Source: an uncultured Alphaproteobacteria bacterium | Lineage (GTDB): Bacteria > Pseudomonadota > Alphaproteobacteria > HIMB59 > GCA-002718135 | Length of the DNA: 64,000 bases | Direction of reading: 5' to 3' | Assembly: GCA_902593125.1 (NCBI GenBank) | Contig: CACJGU010000002.1 | Span: 73,274 to 137,273 of the forward strand | Part shown: piece after piece, positions 50,017-57,226 of the stretch | Layout: each line of letters opens with the position of its first letter | How positions within the stretch are numbered: position 1 is the stretch's first letter | Translations under genes and position numbers: made by a program | Notes under the pieces: model-generated | What the model was told of the DNA's origin: nothing | Seen by the model: only the letters and a program-made list of their open reading frames with translations | Database searches by the model: none

Positions 50017-50643
50017 AAAAGAGTTTAGTTTTTTTGGAGATAAAATATTTTTAGAATTTTTAAGACTTCGAGAGATATCTAAACCATCAGGTCTGACAGA
50101 ATTTATGATTTTACTGACGTTATTTTGATTTATACCACCACCAATGAATAAAGGAATCTTAAGTCCCTTAATACAATTTATTTGGTCCAAGTTCTTTTTT
50201 AGTGAATACTTTCTAATAGATTTAGTTTTATAAACATTTAAATCATAATAAATTACATTAACTATATTTTTTATGCTCCTAAGATAACTAATATTAAAAT
50301 TTTCTGGATTTACAGCAATACCAATTCTCAATTTTTTAAAAGTATTTCTTATAGTTTCAAGTTCGGCTTTACTAAAGTGAAATGAACATGAAATTGTTTT
50401 TGGTTTAGTAAAATCTATTTGTTCGATTATTTTATCTAAAGAAACGTATTGAGTTAAAAGAACTGATTCTATTTTATAATTTTTGCATTCTTTAATTAAT
50501 GTTTTTATCTTTTTATCACTAACTGTGTTTGGACCATTTAAATTTTTACTTGCAAAACCTAATGATTTTATCTTATTTTTATATGCCATTTCGACTGATT
50601 TTACATTTGTTATTCCACAAATTTTTAAAGGTATTTTTTTCAT
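49993..50643 (-). CDS. Divergent phosphoribosylanthranilate isomerase (TrpF)-like TIM-barrel protein
   Basis: It has 'LKICGITN' (catalytic Cys position), 'YYD' at the catalytic Asp position, 'FIGGGINQNNV' and 'VRPDGLDISRSL'. The usual GG(S/T)G phosphate loop is not recognisable. The ATG at 50643 is preferred over 50673. Its 3' end overlaps folK by 24 nt. Confidence 0.65.
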   Translation of the reverse strand: MKKIPLKICGITNVKSVEMAYKNKIKSLGFASKNLNGPNTVSDKKIKTLIKECKNYKIESVLLTQYVSLDKIIEQIDFTKPKTISCSFHFSKAELETIRNTFKKLRIGIAVNPENFNISYLRSIKNIVNVIYYDLNVYKTKSIRKYSLKKNLDQINCIKGLKIPLFIGGGINQNNVSKIINSVRPDGLDISRSLKNSKNILSPKKLNSFLSQISVA

Positions 50644-50694
50644 CAATTTCGATTTTAAATATTCTAAATACATGTAAACTACTTTTTTTAAAAT

Positions 50695-52131
50695 ATGTCA
50701 TTAAAATTTTATAGACGAGTTGCATTTGGTTTATCACCAAATGAAAAACAAGATAAGGATCCTCTTAATTGGGCATTAAGTCAACTGAATACTATTCCTG
50801 ACCTTTTATGGCCAGGCTCAATACCATCAGAAAAAGATCTAAGAAAAAAATATGGAGAATGGGTTTATGGAGATAGAGAAGTTTTAAGAAAAAAATACAA
50901 AAATGACAAAAATGCTTACAAAATAGCTAAAGATGAATTGAGAATAAAAACTGGTGAGAGATATTTTGAATTAAATGAACACGCTATTCGGCATTTTCAA
51001 ACAAAGTATAGTGCTCAACCTGTATTTGAACGTTTCTGGCTTTTCTGGGGAAACCATTTTGCCATAAGTGAAAAAGATTTTTTGGCTGAGTTTAGCACAG
51101 GGCCTTATCAACGTGAAATTATAAGACCTAATATGGTTAAAACTTTTGAAGATATGGTGCTGTCTGTTACGACTTCCTGGTGTATGATTCACCATCTAGA
51201 TAACTCAGAGTCTTTTGGACCAAATTCTAAAAAAGGAATGGAGTGGAGAGAGACGATAAATGAAAATCATGCAAGAGAATTATTAGAACTACATACTGTC
51301 TCTCCAAATGCTGGGTACACCCAGGAAGATGTTATTCAGTTAGCTTATATCATGACAGGTTGGAGCCATAAATGGAGTAGAAAAAATCTAGAAACAGGAG
51401 ATGTATGGTTTGATCAAGAGATGCATCAAAAAGGTGACAAGGTAGTTTTAGGGGTTAAATATAAAAACGATGCAAAGCGAGAGCTTACAAAAGTTATCCA
51501 TGATTTGGCAACTCATCCAATTTGTATAAAATTTGTTTCTACAAAATTATGCAGACATTTTATTACAGATGAACCAACTGAAGAAATGATAAACCCAGTG
51601 ATAGAAGCATGGAACAACTCAAATGGCAGCTTAGTTGAAATTCATAAAGCAGTTATAACTCAAGCTTATAAGTATAATGAGACCACACATAAATTTCATC
51701 CACCAGAAATATGGCTGATGCAATTATCTAGAATGTTTGATTTAAATACTCCACTTTCTGCAAAAAAAATGGAATATACTTTTAAATCTAGACCAACAAA
51801 TAAACAAAGACAGTTATCGTGGATACTCAGAGAAATTGGTAATTCACCATACCGTGCAAAACAACCTAATGGTTGGAGTGATTTTGAGGTTGATTGGGTA
51901 TCACCAGAATTATTGTTACGTCGTTTTTGGTTTGCCTCAATTGAGCTTCCAATGCTTATTAAACCTGGAAATAAATCTCACGACTTTATTTTAGCTTGTC
52001 TTAAAAATAATTTTGAAGACCATGAAAATATGGCTTCCATTATTCATCAATTCAGGTTTGGTACATCAGATAAAGATTTGGGAAGAAAATATGGAGTTAT
52101 TTGTAACTTACCAGGGGTATTAAAAATATGA
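50695..52131 (+). CDS. DUF1800 domain protein
   Basis: 'FWGNHFAIS' and 'NENHARELLELHTV' are the DUF1800 hallmarks. It is followed by its usual DUF1501 partner. Confidence 0.8.
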   Translation: MSLKFYRRVAFGLSPNEKQDKDPLNWALSQLNTIPDLLWPGSIPSEKDLRKKYGEWVYGDREVLRKKYKNDKNAYKIAKDELRIKTGERYFELNEHAIRHFQTKYSAQPVFERFWLFWGNHFAISEKDFLAEFSTGPYQREIIRPNMVKTFEDMVLSVTTSWCMIHHLDNSESFGPNSKKGMEWRETINENHARELLELHTVSPNAGYTQEDVIQLAYIMTGWSHKWSRKNLETGDVWFDQEMHQKGDKVVLGVKYKNDAKRELTKVIHDLATHPICIKFVSTKLCRHFITDEPTEEMINPVIEAWNNSNGSLVEIHKAVITQAYKYNETTHKFHPPEIWLMQLSRMFDLNTPLSAKKMEYTFKSRPTNKQRQLSWILREIGNSPYRAKQPNGWSDFEVDWVSPELLLRRFWFASIELPMLIKPGNKSHDFILACLKNNFEDHENMASIIHQFRFGTSDKDLGRKYGVICNLPGVLKI

Positions 52132-53279
52132 ACTGTACAAGAAGAAATTTTCTAATTGGAGGATCAACAACCTTGTTCCTTTCAGGATACTTTCCAAAAA
52201 TAAGTTTTGCTTCAATGCAGAAAAAAAATTTAATTATAATTTCACTACGTGGAGGAATGGATGGTTTAACAGCTGTTCCTGTTATTGGAGATAAAAGTCT
52301 TAAAAAATTAAGAAAAAAATTAATTTTAGAAGATGTACTTAATTTGAATAGTGATTTTGGGCTTCATCCTAAATTAGAGATTTTTCATAAACTTTGGGAA
52401 ATAAATCAAGCAGCATTTGTACATGCAACTAATATTCCTTACACAGGGAGATCTCATTTCGATGGACAAAATTTAATGGAAACTGGTGCACATATTCCAT
52501 ACAAAGAAAAAACAGGATGGCTTGGAAGGGGGCTATTAGCATCAAATATTATAGGTAAAGGACTGGCAATATCTTTACCAATGCCACTTTTATTAAGGGG
52601 TGTGCCGCAGAATAACAATTTTTTTCCTTCACCAGATTTTGTTGAAACAAAATTAATAGATCAAATTTATAATGAATTTAAGGGTGAACATAATGAGTTG
52701 ATTAAATCTACACTTGATACAATTAAGCAAAGACCATTTTCTATGCAAATAGCAACAGACTCAGAGGACAGAAAAAAACTTGCTCTTGAAGCAGCCAAAC
52801 AATTAAAAGATCAAAGTGGTCCAAGAGTTGCTGTTTTTGATTTAGATGGTTTTGATACTCATGCAGCTCAAGGAGGTGTTGATGGAGCGCATGCTGATGA
52901 ATTAGAAGAGATAAATAAAATTGTTACCATTTTATATGAAAATCTTGGCCAAGCATTCGATAATACACTTATCCTAACTTTGACAGAGTTTGGCCGAACT
53001 ATAAAGCAAAATGGAGGGTATGGAACTGAACACGGATATGGAAGTGCAATACTAATGGCTGGAGGCTTAGTAAAAAAATCTCAAGTTTATACAGATTGGC
53101 CTGGATTAAAAAAGAAAGAATTATTTGAAGGAAGAGATCTAAATTCCACTATTGACTCCAGGGCTGTTTATAATTCCGCAATGTCTGTTTGTTTTAACCA
53201 AGACCCAGAATTTTTGCGCAAAGAAGTTTTTTGGGGAGACGAACTTCCTGATTTGTCCCAAGAATTGTTTAAGATTTAG
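52128..53279 (+). CDS. DUF1501 domain protein (Tat-exported, alkaline-phosphatase/sulfatase-like superfamily)
   Basis: It has a twin-arginine signal 'TRRNFLIGG', 'LRGGMDGLTAVP', 'GFDTHAAQ' and 'TEFGRT...GTEHG'. It shares an ATGA overlap with the DUF1800 gene. Confidence 0.8.
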   Translation: MNCTRRNFLIGGSTTLFLSGYFPKISFASMQKKNLIIISLRGGMDGLTAVPVIGDKSLKKLRKKLILEDVLNLNSDFGLHPKLEIFHKLWEINQAAFVHATNIPYTGRSHFDGQNLMETGAHIPYKEKTGWLGRGLLASNIIGKGLAISLPMPLLLRGVPQNNNFFPSPDFVETKLIDQIYNEFKGEHNELIKSTLDTIKQRPFSMQIATDSEDRKKLALEAAKQLKDQSGPRVAVFDLDGFDTHAAQGGVDGAHADELEEINKIVTILYENLGQAFDNTLILTLTEFGRTIKQNGGYGTEHGYGSAILMAGGLVKKSQVYTDWPGLKKKELFEGRDLNSTIDSRAVYNSAMSVCFNQDPEFLRKEVFWGDELPDLSQELFKI

Positions 53280-53305
53280 AAATAAATAATTTTTTTAGTA
53301 ATTTC

Positions 53306-53722
53306 ATGTTAAATAAGAATATGATCTCAGAAAATTTTGATAGTTTATTTAAGGCTGCAAAAAAAGTGAGAGAACAAGCTCATGTTCCTTATTCAAATTT
53401 TAAAGTTGGAGCAGCTTTTCTAACAGAAGATAGTAAAATTATTACTGGTTGTAATGTTGAAAATGCAGCATATCCCCAATCACAGTGCGCCGAAGCAACT
53501 GCAATTGGAAATATGATATCTAATGGAAACAAAAAAATTTTAGAAGTTGTGGTTATTGGCTCTGGCGAATTATTGTGTTCACCTTGTGGTGGTTGTAGAC
53601 AAAGGTTGAGAGAATTTGCTGCTTTAAATACTAAGATTCATATGTGTAACGAAAATGGTCATATGAAAACATCTACGCTCGAAGAACTACTTCCAGACTC
53701 CTTTGGCCCAGAGAATCTCTAA
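53306..53722 (+). CDS. cdd: Cytidine deaminase
   Basis: The zinc motifs 'CAEATAIGNM' and 'SPCGGCRQ' are present. Confidence 0.93.
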   Translation: MLNKNMISENFDSLFKAAKKVREQAHVPYSNFKVGAAFLTEDSKIITGCNVENAAYPQSQCAEATAIGNMISNGNKKILEVVVIGSGELLCSPCGGCRQRLREFAALNTKIHMCNENGHMKTSTLEELLPDSFGPENL

Positions 53723-54552
53723 TGCTACCTTCGGCCAAAAAATTTTTAGAAATAGCTAATAATACTTCACCAGACATTGCTGTAATTTTAGGAAGTGGAC
53801 TAACTAATTTTTTTGAAGAAAAAGATGTTCAAGAATCAATTTCATATGAACAGTTATCTGATTTTCCACAGCCAACTGTAAAAGGTCATGCAGGTAAATT
53901 AGTTTTAGGAAAAATAAATACTCTTAATGTTGTTTGTATGTACGGAAGATCACATATTTATGAGGGCCACAATCCTCAAAGCTTAGCTTCACCCATAAGA
54001 GTTTTAAAGGACATTGGATGTAAATTATTAGTTGTTACAAATGCAGCAGGTAGTTTAGATGAAGCTATGCCGGCTGGTAGTTTAATGGCAATTAAAGATC
54101 ATATTAACTGGAGTGGTTTCAATCCACTTATTGGACCCAATGCTGAAGAGTATGGCCCTCGCTTTCATGATATGAGTGACGGGTATCATAAGTTTTATAG
54201 AGATCAGTTAATAAAAGTTGCTAAAAAAATAGATCAAAAAATTTATGAAGGTATTTATTGTATGTACTCAGGACCAAATTTTGAAACACCTGCTGAAATT
54301 AATGCCTTAAAAGTAATAGGTGGAAATGCTGTTGGAATGTCTACGGTACCAGAAGTTTTAGTTGCTAATCATTGTGGGCTTCCTGTTATTGGCATCAGTG
54401 TAATCACCAACTTAGCCGCTGGTATGAATAAAACAAAATTAAGTCATCAAGAAACTTTAGAGAATGCAAGTTTAGCAGAGAACAATGTTTTAAATTTAAT
54501 TAAACAATTTATACAAGAAGTTCAATTCGATGATACCTCAAGAGATAATTAG
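53722..54552 (+). CDS. Purine nucleoside phosphorylase (trimeric PNP/PunA family)
   Basis: 'ILGSGL', 'GHAGKLVLG', 'GRSHIYEG', 'TNAAGSL' and 'GMSTVPEV' are present. Confidence 0.9.
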   Translation: MLPSAKKFLEIANNTSPDIAVILGSGLTNFFEEKDVQESISYEQLSDFPQPTVKGHAGKLVLGKINTLNVVCMYGRSHIYEGHNPQSLASPIRVLKDIGCKLLVVTNAAGSLDEAMPAGSLMAIKDHINWSGFNPLIGPNAEEYGPRFHDMSDGYHKFYRDQLIKVAKKIDQKIYEGIYCMYSGPNFETPAEINALKVIGGNAVGMSTVPEVLVANHCGLPVIGISVITNLAAGMNKTKLSHQETLENASLAENNVLNLIKQFIQEVQFDDTSRDN

Positions 54553-55840
54553 AAAAAAAAGAGACAACCAAGATCTGTCAAAAGAGGATATCAACTTTTT
54601 TGTAGACGGTTTAACAAATGGATCTTTTTCAGATGCACAAATTGCAGCAATGAGCATGGCAATATTTGCAAATGGAATGACTGCTGAAGAAACTGTTTGT
54701 TTAACTGAAGCAATGACGAACTCAGGCGATACACTGAATTGGTCTGAGATTGTCGATTCTGAGTTGGTTTGTGATAAGCACTCAACTGGTGGTGTTGGAG
54801 ACAAGACGAGCGTTATATTAGCACCAATACTTGCAGCTTGTGGACTGTATGTACCAATGATTTCAGGTAGAGGTTTGGGTCATACGGGCGGTACTCTAGA
54901 TAAATTTGATTCAATACCTGGGTACAATACAAAGCCCGATTTAGAAACTTTTAAAAAAGTTGTAAAAGACGTTGGTTGTGCAATTATCGGTCAAACTTCT
55001 AACTTAGCACCAGCTGATAAAAAATTATATTCTATAAGGGATATTGTAGGTACAGTAGAATCTTTACCCTTAATAACATCATCTATTCTTTCAAAAAAGA
55101 TTGCAAGCGGTCTTTCATCTTTAGTACTCGATGTGAAAGTTGGAAATGGATCTTTTAATAGTACTATTGATATAGCAAGAGATTTATCCAACTCCTTAGT
55201 AAGAGTCGCTAGAGGAGCAGGTTTACATTGCGAAGCTATATTAACAGATATGAATCAGGTCTTAGGTAAAAGTGCTGGTCATACACTAGAGATATTAGAA
55301 TGCATAAAATATATTAAAAATGATTTTAAAGATCACCGATTAGAAAAGATCACTAATGAATTAATATCTTCGCTACTAGTAAACATTTATAAAATTTCCA
55401 AAGAAGAAGCATATAATAAAATTAATACGGTTATTAATAATGGACTAGCTGCAGAAAAATTTGAAATGATGGTTGCAGGCTTGGGTGGACCAAAAAATAT
55501 TTTATCATCTTATGAAAAAGATTTAATAAATACTTCCGTTCGAAAAGATGTATTTTCTAGTGAAGAAGGGTGGATAGAAAAAATTTATACCAGAGAATTA
55601 GGCCTTATACTTATTGAACTTGGAGGTGGAAGAAAACAGGTTACCGATAAAATAGATTACGGAGTTGGATATGATAATGTACTCAACATTGGTGATGAAG
55701 TGCATTCCTCAACTCCTTTATTAAGTTTATACTCAAATAAAAATATAGATGAAAATTTAATAAATAAAATAAAAAGCTGTTTCATTATTTCAGACAAAAA
55801 AACTCAGAAACTATCTGAAATATTTGAAACTATAAACTAA
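54530..55840 (+). CDS. deoA: Thymidine / pyrimidine-nucleoside phosphorylase
   Basis: 'PQEIIRKKRD', 'DKHSTGGVGDKTS' and 'SGRGLGHTGGTLDK' are present. Confidence 0.95.
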   Translation: MIPQEIIRKKRDNQDLSKEDINFFVDGLTNGSFSDAQIAAMSMAIFANGMTAEETVCLTEAMTNSGDTLNWSEIVDSELVCDKHSTGGVGDKTSVILAPILAACGLYVPMISGRGLGHTGGTLDKFDSIPGYNTKPDLETFKKVVKDVGCAIIGQTSNLAPADKKLYSIRDIVGTVESLPLITSSILSKKIASGLSSLVLDVKVGNGSFNSTIDIARDLSNSLVRVARGAGLHCEAILTDMNQVLGKSAGHTLEILECIKYIKNDFKDHRLEKITNELISSLLVNIYKISKEEAYNKINTVINNGLAAEKFEMMVAGLGGPKNILSSYEKDLINTSVRKDVFSSEEGWIEKIYTRELGLILIELGGGRKQVTDKIDYGVGYDNVLNIGDEVHSSTPLLSLYSNKNIDENLINKIKSCFIISDKKTQKLSEIFETIN

Positions 55841-56496
55841 TGAGTACCCAAACTGAAATTAATGAAGCACTTGTTCAATATTTACAAAGCGTAGGTTACC
55901 GAGAAGATAAAATAATTACTGAACTAGAAAATCAAACTTTAAAACTTGGTAGTGTTTCACAAATGCAGATTGCAAAAGAACAAGGCCAGTTTTTACAAAT
56001 TATAACAAAAATTTCTAAAGCTAAAAACTGTTTAGAAATTGGCAGGTTTACTGGCATGAGTACTTTGTTTTTAGCCAGGGGTTTATCCGAGTTAGGGAAA
56101 GTTGTAACTGTTGATAATTCAGATGAATTCTTACCCTTAGCAAAAAAATATTGGGATCTAGATAATATGAGTTCAAAAATTGAATCGATTATTGGAGATG
56201 GTGTAGAGGTTATGCAAAGTATGATAGACCGACAACACATCTATGATTTAATTTTTATAGATGCTGATAAAAATAATTATCCAAATTATTATGAGCTATC
56301 TCTTAATTTGTTAGCTTCTAATGGGATTATAATTATTGATAATATGCTTTGGCACGGTGATGTTGCTGATGAAGCTAAACAGGACTCTCAAACAAACACT
56401 ATTAGAGATTTAAATTTAAAAATACAAAATGACGCAAGAGTGGAATTCTCTCTTCTACCACTATCTGATGGATTGATGTTTGTAAGAAAAAAATAA
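55840..56496 (+). CDS. Class I SAM-dependent O-methyltransferase (family 3, caffeoyl-CoA OMT / TrmR-like)
   Basis: 'CLEIGRFTGMSTLFLA', 'FIDADKNNYPNYYE' and 'IIIDNMLWHGDV' are present. Its start overlaps the deoA stop (TAATG). Confidence 0.85.
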   Translation: MSTQTEINEALVQYLQSVGYREDKIITELENQTLKLGSVSQMQIAKEQGQFLQIITKISKAKNCLEIGRFTGMSTLFLARGLSELGKVVTVDNSDEFLPLAKKYWDLDNMSSKIESIIGDGVEVMQSMIDRQHIYDLIFIDADKNNYPNYYELSLNLLASNGIIIIDNMLWHGDVADEAKQDSQTNTIRDLNLKIQNDARVEFSLLPLSDGLMFVRKK

Positions 56497-56502
56497 TAAA
56501 GA

Positions 56503-56530
56503 CTTGAATTAAATACAATAATCCCCACAT
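56503..56530 (+). promoter_or_regulatory. Sigma32 (RpoH)-like promoter candidate for the small heat-shock gene
   Basis: CTTGAA (56503-56508) is followed by a 14-nt spacer and then CCCCACAT (56523-56530). This is a near-perfect match to CTTGAA-N13-15-CCCCATnT. Confidence 0.6.
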
Positions 56531-56570
56531 TATAATTGTTAGTATGCCATTGTGGGTACTAATAAATAAA

Positions 56571-56595
56571 CTTGCTTAATAAAGGAGTTATTATG
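56571..56595 (+). promoter_or_regulatory. ROSE-like RNA thermometer hairpin masking the Shine-Dalgarno of the sHSP gene
   Basis: CUUGCUU (56571-56577) pairs with AAGGAG (56582-56587): C71-G87, U72-A86, U73-G85, G74 bulged, C75-G84, U76-A83, U77-A82, loop AAUA. The U(U/C)GCU motif with a bulged G opposite the SD is the ROSE hallmark. The ATG is at 56593. Confidence 0.5.
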
Positions 56596-57030
56596 ACTAG
56601 AAACCTATCCGTTTGGAATTCTCTCAGACCATTTTCTGTTGGATTTGACTCAATTTTTGATGAATTTGATAGAATGCTAGAGTCTACAGAACGATACAAT
56701 ACAAACTATCCACCCTACAATATTCATAGAGTTGACGAGCATAACTATAAAATTGAAGTTGCTCTTGCTGGATATAGTAAAGAAGATATTGAGATTGAAT
56801 TAAAAGAAAACAACCTCACTGTTAGAAATAAACCTAAAGAAAAAGTGGTTAATGAAAATGGTAACGGTGTAATCCATAAAGGAATCTCAACAAGACAGTT
56901 TGAAAGATCATTTACAATTTCAGAAGACATTAAAGTTAAAGATGCTGAATTGAAAAATGGACTTTTAGCGATTGATTTGGAGAGAATTATTCCAGAAGAA
57001 AAAAAAGCTAGATTAATATCAATTAAATAG
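56593..57030 (+). CDS. Small heat-shock protein (Hsp20/alpha-crystallin family)
   Basis: It has an alpha-crystallin domain 'PPYNIHRVDEHNYKIEVALAGYSKEDIEIE' and 'GLLAIDLER'. The ATG at 56593 has an AAGGAG SD; the track TTG at 56572 is rejected. Confidence 0.93.
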   Translation: MTRNLSVWNSLRPFSVGFDSIFDEFDRMLESTERYNTNYPPYNIHRVDEHNYKIEVALAGYSKEDIEIELKENNLTVRNKPKEKVVNENGNGVIHKGISTRQFERSFTISEDIKVKDAELKNGLLAIDLERIIPEEKKARLISIK

Positions 57031-57039
57031 TCTTTGATA

Positions 57040-57066
57040 GGGGCCCAAAGTGGCCCCAACATTTTT
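57040..57066 (+). terminator. Rho-independent terminator after the sHSP gene
   Basis: GGGGCC (57040-57045) and GGCCCC (57052-57057) form the stem with a 6-nt loop, followed by AACATTTTT. Confidence 0.8.
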
Positions 57067-57187
57067 AACTTTAAATTTAGAATAAATCTAACTTTATGAA
57101 TTTTAACAACACTGATATTAAAAAAAAATTTATATAGATCTACATTCGTATTCTGATAATTTTTAATAAGATTCTTAATCATAGAAC

Positions 57188-57210
57188 GTGGAGATATTTA
57201 TTATCTCCAC
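57188..57210 (+). promoter_or_regulatory. Perfect 9-bp inverted repeat in the leader of the iron-binding-protein gene
   Basis: GTGGAGATA (57188-57196), N5, TATCTCCAC (57202-57210) ends 16 nt before the ATG at 57227 and just 5' of the GAAGG SD. Confidence 0.5.
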
Positions 57211-57226
57211 AAAAACAGAAGGTTAT

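Noticed and set aside
57040-57057. A GC-rich hairpin (GGGGCC/GGCCCC) considered as part of a tRNA or other RNA gene.
   Set aside because: It is a single stem followed by a T-run directly after a stop codon. No cloverleaf arms or conserved tRNA boxes flank it, so it is called a terminator.
56745-57182. A 145-aa minus-strand ORF overlapping the sHSP gene and its terminator.
   Set aside because: It is antisense to the Hsp20 gene and runs through a strong intrinsic terminator and an AT-rich spacer, with no family signal.
57188-57226. The GTG at 57188 as the start of the Fe(III)-binding protein, and likewise the TTG at 56572 for the sHSP.
   Set aside because: The GTG is the left arm of the 9-bp palindrome and would put 13 residues in front of a normal signal peptide. 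The ATG at 57227 has its own SD. The sHSP TTG lies inside the proposed thermometer stem, and the ATG at 56593 has a perfect AAGGAG.
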